NCBI GenBank assembly: GCA_002269645.1
Contig: NIVC01000604.1
Span: 62,001-126,000, forward strand
Direction: 5' to 3'
From: Macrostomum lignano
Taxonomy: Eukaryota
DNA: 64,000 nucleotides
Each line of letters begins with the position of its first letter. The stretch's first letter is position 1. Under the pieces are notes generated by a model. The model was given only the letters and a program-made list of their open reading frames with translations. It ran no database searches and was not told where the DNA came from. Positions 24,037 to 36,862 of this stretch are shown piece after piece. Both the position numbers and the translations under genes were made by a program.

Positions 24037-27000
24037 TCAGTTGATGGCGTGCTTCCTACCGCCTGTGATGCCGCCGCCGCTGCTGCTGCCCCCGCTTGAC
24101 AGCAGGGGGGATCGCTCATCGGCCTCGCTTCTAGGAGCAAAATCTACGCCATATCCAGCAGCTGAGCTGGCATCAGCACTGCCAGACTCGATAGAGGCGT
24201 GCGCGATGCCGTCTTCGACCAGTTGATCCATGCGCTCCAGGCTAAGCTTCTCTTTGCGGCTCTGGTTCAGCTTGCGGCCCTGCCGGGGGCGATTGGGGCG
24301 AATTAATTAATACTGTAAGGACGGGTGCATTTCCTCACTCACTCCTCTACTTTACTCTCTCACCCACCTCACTCCCTCGTCCACCTCACTCCCTTACTCA
24401 CCCACCTTCCTCCCTCACCCACCTCCTTCCCTCACCCACCTTCCTCCCTCACCCACCTTCCTCCCTCACCCACCTTCCTCCCTCACCCACCTTCCTCCCT
24501 CACCCACCTTCCTCCCTCACCCACCTTCCTCCCTCACCCACCTTCCTCCCTCACCCACCTTCCTCCCTCACCCACCTCCCTCCCTCACCCACCTCCCTCC
24601 CTCACCCACCTTCCTCCCTCACCCACCTTCCTCCCTCACCCACCTTCCTCCCTCACCCACCTTCCTCCCTCACCCACCTCCCTCCCCACCCAATTGTTCT
24701 CTCACCTACCTCACTCCCCTTATTTAAAGGTGTAACAAAAATTTACTGTAATATCAATAAAGACAAAAAACGCTAATCTTGATACTGATGAGAGTAGATG
24801 AGCGCGTTTTTTGCGAGTGACATGCCTTGCTATTCTTGTTCCTGCGGTTAGCATTCATCCATGTGGCAATTCTATTTGCTTACCCGTTTGAGATCGACAG
24901 CGTTGAGCAGCAGGGTGACCACAACGGCGGCGATTACGTTGCCCAGCAGGTACAGCATCACCAGCTTCCAGCGGTCCAGCATCACAGAGCGGGTACTGTT
25001 TAAAATTGAAGCAAGGCACAAGGCAGCTGTGAGGATAAGAGCAACTTCCCCCACCCCATTAACTAGGTTTTCCTAGAATTTCAGGTCTTAACATTTACTA
25101 TTAGAAGTTTTCCGGAACACGTACCATTTAGACTGCAGGTCGCCTGAAGTTCACTCAACTAACATTTAAGGTCAACCTAGCTAGAGACGGAACGATAAGT
25201 TCACCTCACGCTTACCTAGAAACTGGGCACTTTCTCGTAAAGGTCACGCTACCTACAAACTGAACACCTGAAGGTCACGCTACATGCAAACTGAACACCG
25301 AAGGTCACGCTACCTACAAACTGAACACCTGAAGGTCACGCTACCTACAAACTGAACACCTGAAGGTCACGCTACCTACAAACTGAACACCTGAAGGTCA
25401 CGCTACCTACAAACTGAACACCTGAAGGTCACGCTACCTACAAACTGAACACCTGAAGGTCACGCTACCTACAAACTGAACACCTGAAGGTCACGCTACC
25501 TACAAACTGAACACCTGAAGGTCACGCTACCTACAAACTGAACACCTGAAGGTCACGCTACCTACAAACTGAACACCTGAAGGTCACGCTACCTACAAAC
25601 TGAACACCTGAATGTCACGCTACCTACAAACTGAACACCTGAAGGTCACGCTACCTACAAACTGAACACCTGAAGGTCACGCTACCTACAAACTGAACAC
25701 CTGAAGGTCACGCTACCTACAAACTGAACACCTGAAGGTCACGCTACCTACAAACTGAACACCTAAAGGTCACGCTACCTACAAACTGAACACATGAAGA
25801 TTAACAATGCAGATTAATGAATAATTCAGTGTACCTGTCAGTCTGGCCAAGAATCCGGCCAACAACAACATTGGAGACGCCGATGCCAATCATCTGTACG
25901 CTGGTGGTGAAGCCCAGAGCGGTGCCAAGAGTGGCTCGTGGCACCACAAGCGGCAGCGATGGCCACATGCTGGCCTGCAATTGCGAGCACTTACTCAAGT
26001 CCAATCCTATTCGATATAAGAGTAAAGACACAAAATATTTTAGAAGACAAACGCTCTCCTCACCGCGGCAAACGAATAAGTAACACCCAGCCAGAGCGTG
26101 GAGACCAGCGGATACACGGTGGTGAATGCCAGCAGCCCGAATACGGGAATTGTTAGCAGCGCGCACAGCAGGGCCAGGTAGCCTCGCTTGCCGATTATGT
26201 CCTGCCGATTGCGTGTCAATGCGATGAGTTGCAGTATGAGATGAGTTGCAGTATGAGATGAGTTGCAGTATGAGATGAGTTGCAGTATGAGATGAGTTGC
26301 AAGGTGAGATGAGTTGCAGTATGAGATGAGTTGCAGTATGAGATGAGTTGCAATGTGAGATGTTGCAATATGAGTTGCAATATGAGATGAGTTGCAATGT
26401 GAGATGAGTTGCAGTATGAGATGAGTTGCAGTATGAGATGAGTTGCAATGTGAGATGTTGCAATATGAGTTGCAATATGAGATGAGTTGCAATGTGAGAT
26501 GAGTTGCAGTATGAGATGAGTTGCAGTATGAGATGAGTTGCAATGTGAGATGTTGCAATATGAGTTGCAATATGAGATGAGTTGCAATGTGAGATGAGTT
26601 GCAGTATGAGATGAGTTGCAGTATGAGTTGAGTTGCAGTATGAGATGAGTTGCAGTATGAGATGAGTTGCAGTATGAGATGAGTTGCAGTATGAGATGAG
26701 TTGCAGTATGAGATGAGTTGCAATGTGAGATGTTGCAATATGAGTTGCAATATGAGATGAGTTGCAGTATGAGATGAGTTGCAGTATGAGTTGAGTTGCA
26801 GTATGAGATGAGTTGCAGTATGAGATAAGTTGCAATGTGAGTTGCAATGTGAGTTGCAATTTGAGTTGCAATGTGAGTTGCAATATGAGTTGCAATATGA
26901 GATGAGTTGCAGTATGAGTGGCAATATGAGATGAGTTGCAATCTGAGATGAGTTGCAGTATGAGATGAGTTGCAATATGAGTTGCAATATGAGATGCAAT

Positions 27001-28699
27001 ACGCTGGACAGCAGCAGCAAAGCAGAGCCCCATTTCCTAGCCCAGCTCACAATGAGGCCGCCCAGGAAGGGACTCAGCAGCATGGACACATCGTACACGG
27101 CGCCAGTGATGTAGGCGGACACTTTGTCATCCAGGCTGTACTTCTGGTTAATGAACTGGCTGGCGTCGGCCACAAAGGGGAACACTCCGTTATAGTAGAA
27201 CATGATTGACAGCACCAGCAGCCAGAACTGCAGGCTGAACTGGCCCAAGTCCTGCAGCTTCACCCGCCGGCTCTCCTGCTGCAGCTCCTCAGTCAGGCCC
27301 ATGGCTCGAACTCCGTAGACGTCGAGGCCACTGACGACGCCGGCGGCAACGAAGCCAAGCAGGCAGAGGCCGACGCCGAACCAAAGCGTCCACTCCAGCC
27401 CGATGGCGTCCCGGATGTTCTCCGTCAGGAAGAAGTTCAACACGGAGCCGCAGCGTGAGAAAGCCAGCACGCAGCCGAAGGCCAGGGCCAGCTCCTTCTT
27501 GTTGAACCAGAATGCCACCAGGCGATTTTGCACCACCGTCAGGGAGCCATTGCCGGCGCCGAACAGCAGGCGGCCCAGCAGCATCACCGGCAGCAGGTAG
27601 TCGGTGCCGCGCAGGTGAGCTCCGGCCGCGAACGTGGACGAGCCGACCAGGCAGAGCAGCGAGAATGCAATGACCCCGGCTCGGTTTCCCAGCTTGTCCA
27701 CTAGGAAGCCGGAGAAGAAGACTACCACTGCGTTAGTCCAGGCGTACACCGCGTACAGCAGGTTGTAGTTCTGCTCGGACATGCCGAGGCAGTCCCGGCA
27801 GCAGGTGGAGCTGATGTGCTCCGCCACGCCTGGCGGAGACGGAGACGGCTGCTGCTCGTCGGTGCAATTGTTGGACTGATGGGAAATGGGAACAGGCGAA
27901 TGGTGGCAAGGATTGGGGGATTGCAAATATGAGTTCGGCTAGAATTATGGTATAACGATCCGGGTGCTGGAATGTTATAGGTTATGGGATCTATGATCCT
28001 GGTTATAGAATCTAGGATTCTGGTTATCGGATCTAGGATCCTGGTTATGGGATCTAGGATCCTGGTTATGGGATCTATGATCCTGGTTATAGAATCTAGG
28101 ATTCTGGTTATCGGATCTAGGATCCTGGTTATGGGATCTAGGATCCTGGTTATGGAATCTATGATCCTGGTTATGGAATCTATGATCCTGGTTATGGGAT
28201 CTAGGATCCTGGTTATGGAATCTAGGATCCTGGTTATGGAATCTAGGATCCTGGTTATGGGATCTAGGATTCTGGTTATGGGATCTAGGATCCTGGTTAT
28301 GGGATCTAGGATCCTGGTTATGGGATCTAGGATCCTGGTTATGGGATCTAGGATCCTAGTTATGGGATTTGGGATTCTGGTTATCGGATCTAGGATCCTG
28401 GTTATGGGATCTAGGATCCTGGTTATGGGATCTAGGATCCTGGTTATGGGATCTAGGATTTTGGTTATGGGATCTAGGATATAGATATATAGGCATTGAC
28501 TGTAGGATCAAGGCCATAAAATTTAGCATTCTACTACAGACATGCAGATGCTATGGATACGAACTCCGAGGCTCACCCCAGTGAATGCGGACTGCAATAC
28601 GCTGGGCATGTCGAAGCAGAAATATGAGCCGAAAGTCAGCAAGCAGGTGAACACGAGCACCGTGAAGCGAAATTGTGGCTTCTCGGGGTCCCAAGCCAT
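24037..28699 (-). CDS. MFSD1: MFSD1-like lysosomal major facilitator superfamily transporter, about 526 aa; exons complement(28577-28699, 27051-27875, 26064-26201, 25835-25974, 24884-24995, 24037-24279)
   Basis: All five introns are GT-AG and phase-compatible (0,0,0,2,0). MFSD1-like motifs: TFGSYFCFDMPS, YNLLYAVYAWTN, GFLVDKLGNR, GRLLFGAG, WFNKKELALAFG, FYYNGVFPF, ASMWPSLPLVV. C-terminal acidic dileucine motif ERSPLL. Confidence 0.88.
24331..24720. repeat. C-rich 17-bp array CCCTCACCCACCTTCCT in MFSD1 intron 5
   Basis: Read directly; near reverse complement of the 22575-23831 array. Confidence 0.93.
25245..25797. repeat. 31-bp minisatellite GAAGGTCACGCTACCTACAAACTGAACACCT in MFSD1 intron 4
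   Basis: About 17 near-perfect copies. Confidence 0.96.
26223..26998. repeat. 17-bp minisatellite ATGAGTTGCAGTATGAG with shorter variants in MFSD1 intron 2
   Basis: Read directly; it keeps a reading frame open and so inflates the 628-aa ORF. Confidence 0.95.
27980..28480. repeat. 21-bp minisatellite GGTTATGGGATCTAGGATCCT in MFSD1 intron 1
   Basis: About 23 copies. Confidence 0.95.
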
Positions 28700-28756
28700 G
28701 GCTGCAATTAAATAATTCAACTTCACCTCAAGCACAGCATCAGAGACAACCAATAG

Positions 28757-29280
28757 GTGTCTAGCCTGATTTATAATGTACACTGGGAGTGAGGTGGATG
28801 TCTAGCCTGATTTATAATGTACACTGGGAGAGTGAAGTGGATGCCGCTTGATTTATAATGTACTCTGGGAGTGACGTGGTGTCTAGCCTGATTTATAATG
28901 TACACTGGGAGTGAGGTGGGTGTCTAGCCTGATTTATAATGTAAACTGGGAGTGAGGTGGGTGTCTAGCATAATTTATAATGTACATTGGGAGAGAGGTG
29001 GGTGTCTAGCCTGATTTATAATGTACACTGGGAGTGAGGTGGGTGTCTAGCCTGATTTATAATGTAAACTGGGAGTGAGGTGGGTGTTTAGCATAATTTA
29101 TAATGTACATTGGGAGAGAGGTGGGTGTCTAGCCTGATTTATAATGTACACTGGGAGTGAGGTGGGTGTCTAGCCTGATTTATAATGTAAACTGGGAGTG
29201 AGGTGGGTGTTTAGCATAATTTATAATGTACATTGGGAGAGAGGTGGGTGTCTAGCCTGGTTTATAATGTACACTGGGAG
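28757..29280. repeat. 41-bp minisatellite immediately upstream of the MFSD1 start
   Basis: Unit GGGTGTCTAGCCTGATTTATAATGTACACTGGGAGTGAGGT; about 13 copies. Confidence 0.95.
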
Positions 29281-29792
29281 TAACGAGCCCGACTTAAATG
29301 TCTGACTTTGTGTATGTCTGACTAATTACACAAGCCTGATAAACCACATCAATCGTACTAGGGAGGTGGATCGCATAGTACAAAAATATGTACATTTAGA
29401 GGAAGGCAATAAGCACGAGTTCTTCTCTACATTTAATTAAGCTTGGAAGTCTAACATGAGGGTAAAATAACGCCCGTTAGTCAATACAGTGTCAATGTCA
29501 ACGAAAACTTCGAAAATGTACTTTTGTTTGCAATGCCTACACATTTCGCTGATGTAATTTAGTGCACTGTAGTGGTAGTGCCCTTTAGAAATGCAACGTG
29601 TTGATATTTTCCTATACTATGAACTAAAAGTACAAAAGCGATGCAGAGAAAAAAAATTACGAAAATATTGGCTGTTTGAAAACTTGAACTTCAAGGTTAT
29701 AAAAAGCGTTACTCATTTGTGAAAATGCAGAGTAAAGTAGCAACAGTGAGAACTTGAGAGTCACTCGAATTTAGAAGGAAAAACTTCTGGGC

Positions 29793-30910
29793 TAAGGGAT
29801 AAGGGGTAGGAATTCGGGATAAGGGATCTGGGATCGGAATTCGGGATAAGGGATCTGGGATCGGAATTCGGGATAAGGGATCTGGGATCGGAATTCAGGA
29901 TAAGGGATCTGGGATTGGAATTCGGGATAAGGGATCTGGGATCGGAATTCATGTTAAGGGGTAGGAATTCGGGATAAGGGATCTGGGATTGGAATTCGGG
30001 ATAAGGGATCTGGGATCGGAATTCATGTTAAGGGGTAGGAATTCGGGATAAGGGATCTGGGATTGGAATTCGGGATAAGGGATCTGGGATCGGAATTCAT
30101 GTTAAGGGGTAGGAATTCGGGATAAGGGATCTGGGATTCGGGATTCGGGATAAGGGATCTGGGATCGGAATTCATGTTAAGGGGTAGGAATTCGGGATAA
30201 GGGATCTGGGATTGGAATTCGGGATAAGGGATCTGGGATCGGAATTCATGTTAAGGGGTAGGAATTCGGGATAAGGGATCTGGGATTGGAATTCGGGATA
30301 AGGGATCTGGGATCGGAATTCATGTTAAGGGGTAGGAATTCGGGATAAGGGATCTGGGATTGGAATTCGGGATAAGGGATCTGGGATCGGAATTCATGTT
30401 AAGGGGTAGGAATTCGGGATAAGGGATCTGGGATTGGAATTCGGGATAAGGGATCTGGGATCGGAATTCATGTTAAGGGGTAGGAATTCGGGATAAGGGA
30501 TCTGGGATTGGAATTCGGGATAAGGGATCTGGGATCGGAATTCATGTTAAGGGGTAGGAATTCGGGATAAGGGATCTGGGATTCGGGATTCGGGATAAGG
30601 GATCTGGGATCGGAATTCGGGATAAGGGATCTGGGATCGGAATTCGGGATAAGGGATCTGGGATCGAAATTCATGTTAAGGGGTAGGAAGGGATCTGGGA
30701 TCGGAATTCGGGCTAAGGGATCTGGGATCGGAATTCATGTTAAGGGATCTGGGATCGGAATTCATGTTAAGGGATCTGGGATCGGAATTCATGTTAAGGG
30801 GTAGGAATTCGGGATAAGGGATCTGGGATCGGAATTCATGTTAAGGGATCTGGGATCGGAATTCAGAATAAACAGATCTGGGATATCCCAGATATCGGAA
30901 TTCGGGATAA
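29793..30910. repeat. 27-bp minisatellite GGAATTCGGGATAAGGGATCTGGGATC with a 74-bp higher-order unit
   Basis: Period of 27; the CATGTTAAGG variant recurs at 29950 and 30024 (74 bp apart) and onward. Confidence 0.95.
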
Positions 30911-31077
30911 AGGGATCTGAGAATAAAGATAGAGGCATCAGAGATCTGAGCGGAGAGCAAAGAAAGTGATGAGCAAGATGGCAATTGCATGAAACAGGAG
31001 TAGAGAATTCAGCTTTTGTTCCAGAAATTCAGTCAAATTTTAGATTAGCTCAAAACTGACAGAATGAACCAATCAAT

Positions 31078-32763
31078 TCACTGTCCAGCCTCGCGATCCA
31101 GCTTCTCCTTCTCCATCAGAAGCAGCTCGCGAGCCTCCATAGCGGCGCCAATTAGGGCGCTAAGCTGTAGCCGGTCGGTGGCGCCGGCGCAAAGTCGCTC
31201 CTCGATGTCGGCCAGCCGGATGTAAAAGTGCGCCCGCACGGACACGGGAAAGTCCACCCGACCTGCGGATTGCACGAGATGTGAAATAAGCTTCTTTCTT
31301 TTCTCTGCTACTGTTTAGTAGGCGATCTCTTACAAAAATATATTGGCAAGTTGGCAAACCCGATGAAAACGGTACCTAAGCCAAGAAGCGCCCCAGAGTC
31401 GTTGCAGGTAACAACAGGTAAAATAGGATACAAGAAGAGACTCTAGACAACTCTAAAACGACGAGATGCCACGGTACAAGTCGCCAAAAAAATCGCCTAA
31501 GAGTCAATTTAAGGCATTTTATTGTCTGTGACAATGAAGCTACCCTGGGGCCGTTGAGTCGTATCTGAGGCGAGCCAGAGTCGCTGTAGAATCAATAAGT
31601 TTAGTCTAAAGCGCATCTGCGTCACTTTATGGATTAGAATCGCATTTTAAATTTATAACTCTGTTTAGTCTACTTGAGTTAGTAGAAAGTTAAGCGTCTA
31701 CACAACTTTCTGGACGACTTTTTGATTTTTTCGCAACTCTTACGATACTACAACTCCTGTGATGCGCTCCCAGCTCAACAGTTGCCTTTCCATCGCAATA
31801 CAGTCAGTTTGAGTGGTTCAAAAAAGTCACAAGAGTCGCCCTGAGTCACTGGTGAGTTGTTTGCAATGACTTTTTATCGATGCTTGCCCTACCCAGCAGC
31901 TCGTGCAGCTCGGTGACAACGTCCAGCAGGGCGACGCCGCGGTCGGCGCACAATTCCCGGATTGCGGCGTGCGCAGCCGGGGCCTCCTCGTTCATGAGGT
32001 GCTGCAGCACCCGGCGAATGTCGGCAGGCGACGGGTGCCCGACACAGGCGTACACGGCGGCCTCGTCGACGCCAGCTGGGAAGGCGAGCGCCGTGCTCTG
32101 CAGGATGTTCAACGCCCGGCGCATGTCGCCACCGGACAGGCGGACCAGCGCCCGGCAGCCGGCCTCATCCAGGTTGGCGCCCTCGGCGACGGCGATGTCG
32201 CGGACCCGAGCGGCCACGGAGTCGGAGGGCAGCGGGGCGAAGCGGAACCGGGTGCAGCGGGACTGCAGCGCCGGGATGATCTTGGACAGGTAGTTGCACA
32301 CCAGGCAGAACCGGACGTTGGCTGTAAATTTCTCCATAATCCTGCGCAGCGCATTCTGCGCGTCCTTGGTCATGGCGTCGGCTTCGTCAAGGATGACCAG
32401 CTTGAAGCCGGCGCTGAACACTGTGCGCGTGCTGGCGAAGGTGAGAATCTCGTTGCGCACCACTCCGATGCCTCTCTCGTCTGACGCGTTCAAATCCAGC
32501 ACCATAGTGGGGAACTCCCGCTTGGAGTAGATCTGCCCAGCAATGGCCAGGATGGTGCTGGTCTTGCCAACGCCAGCCGGCCCGTAGAACAGCAGGTGCG
32601 GCAGGCGGCCCTCAGACAGGAAGCGCTGAATGGTGGACACAATGTCGCGATGGGACATGAGATCGTCCAGCTGCTTAGGCCTGTACTTTTCAATCCAGGG
32701 TAGGTTGCCGCTGCTGGCTGCCGCATCGGCAATGCGAGATGCTGGTGTGCCTGACTCGGGCAT
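31078..32763 (-). CDS. RFC5: Replication factor C subunit 5 (yeast Rfc3 orthologous group), about 351 aa; exons complement(31893-32763, 31078-31262)
   Basis: LPWIEKYRP, LPHLLFYGP, Walker A GPAGVGKT, LNASDERG, Walker B VILDEADAMT, NYLSKIIPALQSRC. A phase-1 GT-AG intron joins LHELL-G-RVDFPVSVR, matching the known RFC5 C-terminus. Confidence 0.95.
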
Positions 32764-32778
32764 GGCTTTAGCTGGGAT

Positions 32779-33374
32779 GAGTAGCTGAAGCAGGGAGCAT
32801 ACTATTCAGAGATGAGCAGAGTCTAGGTGAGTAGCTGAAGCAGGGAGCATACTATTCAGAGATGAGCAGAGTCTAGGTGAGTAGCTGAAGCAGGGAGCAT
32901 ACTATTCAGAGATGAGCAGAGTCTAGGTGAGTAGCTGAAGCAGGGAGCATACTATTCAGAGATGGGCAGAGTCTAGGTGAGTAGCTGAAGCAGGGAGCAT
33001 ACTATTCAGAGATGGGCAGAGTCTAGGTGAGTAGCTGAAGCAGGGAGCATACTATTCAGAGATGAGCAGAGTCTAGGTGAGTAGCTGAAGCAGGGAGCAT
33101 ACTATTCAGAGATGAGCAGAGTCTAGGTGAGTAGCTGAAGCAGGGAGCATACTATTCAGAGATGGGCAGAGTCTAGGTGAGTAGCTGAAGCAGGGAGCAT
33201 ACTATTCAGATGAGCAGAGTCTAGGTGAGTAGCTGAAGCAGGGAGCATACTATTCAGAGATGAGCAGAGTCTAGGTGAGTAGCTGAAGCAGGGAGCATAC
33301 TATTCAGAGATGAGCAGAGTCTAGGTGAGTAGCTGAAGCAGGGAGCATACTATTCAGAGATAAGCAGAGTCTAG
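32779..33374. repeat. 50-bp minisatellite, 12 copies, directly upstream of the RFC5 ATG
   Basis: Unit GAGTAGCTGAAGCAGGGAGCATACTATTCAGAGATGAGCAGAGTCTAGGT; one copy lacks 2 nt. Confidence 0.97.
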
Positions 33375-36300
33375 AATTTGTTTTCTTCGTCAGGTTCAAG
33401 AAATCAATAGGCAATATTGCAATAGTACAAGCCTGTAACTATTAATAACAGGAACAGAGCCAGTTGGCTTCAATTTGCAATCTTTAAATAACTGCTAAAG
33501 CTGCAAGCCTGACAATAGTTATATAGGACTTACTGAAGGTGCAAAAGATTATGTGTTTCAGCTGAAATTGTAACTTCTAAACATATCATATTGCTTTCTT
33601 ATCTAACCCATCTAGCAAAGCAATGGTCAAAATTAAATAATATCCAAATGTCAACTATATATAACAAATAGCTCCTATATTTGTTATATTCTATATGTCA
33701 ATCTTATTGCATCTTAATGTAACACATAAATATAATTTACTCTTACATGTATATATCAAGTAGGCAAGTTTATGCTTGATAATATAGATAATTATCTGAA
33801 TATACTATTTATATTTATTAAAAAAATTTTAGCACTATGTATTATAAACATAAACAATTGTATATTGAAAAGAATTTAATAGCTTTTAATAGATTCTAGA
33901 CTTGGTTCTTTTTGAAAAAATGAAAATTGGAAACATATTTAAGTTATTATATATAATATATATTTTTTGGCAAATTTGTTATAAAACAATTATTTGTTCT
34001 TTCAACTTGCATTTTAATTTTTATTTCTATATATATTATATAGTTTTATAGCTATAGGTTTATAAAAGAAACAATATATAGAATCAATGCATAAAAACTA
34101 TATAAATAATGTATAGATTGTTCTAAAATTTATTCCGATGCAAATTATGCCATCCTGATTAGTACAAGCAATTTCTAGTTGACCTAGCCAATCTAGTTAG
34201 CATAGATGGTGGCAAATCAAGGCTAAGATGCAAAATTGACAACAAGAAATAAAAAACAAGATAGTAACAGAGTCAAGTCAAAATGGAAAAATTAAGATAC
34301 TTTGATAGCCTAAGTTACAAAATTAATATTTTTGGTCAAAACTAAGTAAAATTGCATGGCAAATATAACTTTAAAGGTTCTATATAGATAGATTTAAACA
34401 TTAAGTAGGTCTATTTTTATTTTCTAAATGAATGCTAAATAATGGATGATATTCTAGGATTAGGATTGTTTATCAATGTATACCGAAATGAAAATTGCTT
34501 CTCTAGCTCATGTATGCCAACAACAAACTTTCTATTGTATACAAAAATGTACCAAAATAAAAATTATACCTGGTAAATTATGACTTTACAAATATAAACT
34601 GCTTGCAAAATTTTAATACTTAAAAAAGCAATAAGCAAAAACTAGTATTTTTTTACTAAACCATATAATAGAACTAGTTCATTTTAACTATTTTTGTTTT
34701 ATTTTTAACTTCTCAAATTTAGTTTTCCTTTTTTAAAAGAGCCAAGAGCTATTCTTTTTGATCAAAATTTAACTATAGTAACTGTACATGATGTGATTAT
34801 GGTAAATATAAACTTATTATTTTTGTTCCCCACCCAAATGTGTACATTGATTGGAACTTAGAACTTAGTTTCACTTACTATCTTGGCAATCTTTATATGC
34901 CAAGCTACATACCAAAAGGGTAAGCCAGGCCCCTCTATACCCCAAGTTGTATGCCAATAGTGTACTCTAGGAGTCTAGGTCCCTCTGTACACTGGAATTT
35001 TCTAGCGTACATATATACCATCTAGAGTCTAGATACTATTGCATATATGCGCAACAGTTAGCCGAGTTGGCCAATCCAACTGACTGATTTGGTAGCCAAC
35101 CAAGGTAAGTTGCAAAAATGCCCAGCCCAAAGAATACAGACGTAGTACTAATTAGATGACGAGGCATTTAGCCCTTATAAGACAGTCATAGTTACTTATA
35201 CCATTTTCTCAAAATGCATTAATTTTGCTTTAGGGTTTCTTTCATAGGTAAGTTGCATTTTTGGCCAAAAACTATGTCACATTTTTTGTTAAAACTAAGT
35301 TGCATAGCCAACTGAATTTTGGAGGTTGCGCATGTATGTACTATTGTTAGGGACTCCAGTGAGATTACTATAAGCTAATAATAAATTATTAAAAAAATTT
35401 TAAAATAGTGTTTTTTAAATGAAATTGCAAAGCATAGGGGGCCTACAAAGTGTTTTTATTAAAAACAAAATATGCATGTTAAAGAAGAGTTTATAGGCCC
35501 CTACACATTGTAATTAGACAAAGAAACAAAAATATATACATTACATGCCAAGTAGTATCCCACTGTCTTATCCATAGTCAGGAAGGTAGCACAGTGTGCG
35601 CTGGAATAAATTTTTTGGGATAATCTGTGTGCCATCTATGCGCTATTTGTGCGCTATTTGTGTGCCATCTATGAACCATGTCTATGCCCTTATTTTACAT
35701 ATTTTATGTAATTTATATAATTTATGTATTTTATGTAAATTATATATTTTACAATAAAATTACAAAATTCTAAGAATTCATGCAGACTCAATATGCTATG
35801 CCAGTTTTATGCTAATAAAGATTCTATTCTGATTCCTTATGTACCAAAGTTGTGCACAGCACCGCAGATGTCAGGGACCTTATATGCCGCAATTGTGCGC
35901 TGCATGCGCTAGGGACTTCAGTGTGTGCCATGATTGTGCGCTGCATGTGCCAGGGACCTTAGTATGCACTATGATTGTGCGCCAAGTGTGCCAAGGACCC
36001 CTTGAATGCGCTGGAATTTTCCAAGGCAAAGGCAGCCTTCCTGACTATAGGTGTCTTATTATATTTGAAGTTTAAGAAACTTACAAAACCAAAATTGACC
36101 TGATAGGCTGAGTCCTGACCTGATTAATAATTGAAAAGCATCGGCTAATATAATTATAAGAGATCAACTCCTAACCAAGACTTCAATACCAAAGTGGCAA
36201 AGCCAAAGATATTCCAATATATCTATCCTATAATTATAATTATAAACTTTTAGTAGGCCCTATCAAAAATCTGCAAAAGCGACACCACTTTTTAGGCAAA

Positions 36301-36862
36301 AATATCATAAACTATGCTATCTTATTTGTTGTTAAATGTTAAGAGATACCTTACCGGAACGCAGTTCATATTCACATATTGTCATTGAAACAATAATAAA
36401 ATAATACAAATATAATTTACATATTACAATTTACAGAAAACCGCATAAAAGTATAGTGTAAATAGAATAATTTTAATATCCCCGACTGTGTCAGTGGGCC
36501 CGGCCGACTTGTTTCCTGGCACCTGTTAGCCTGTACTGTTTGTCATGGCCATAAATATTACGCTCTTAGTGCAGTTAATGATAGGAACTTGCCATGTCTA
36601 ATTTTTACTTTTTCTTCTAACTTAAAAAACTTGTATAAAATTTCCAGCGTTTTAACTATTAACAAAGTTAATTAATGAATTTTTATTTCGATTTCTTAAT
36701 AAAAAGGTGATAAACAGAATACTCAAAACTTAAATGCCCTCAAACTTATTAGAAACAAAGTCTAAGGATTTAGTTCATAATAAGGGTTCGGGTTGGCTGC
36801 TGTCTGGTTGGCACCGTTGAGTTTATTGGGCGGGTAAAGCAAGTGGGCTTTACCCGATTTTA

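Noticed and set aside
26040-27926. 628-aa ORF taken as a single MFS protein
   Set aside because: It reads through intron 2, whose minisatellite happens to lack stops; canonical splice sites give a normal MFSD1-like protein.
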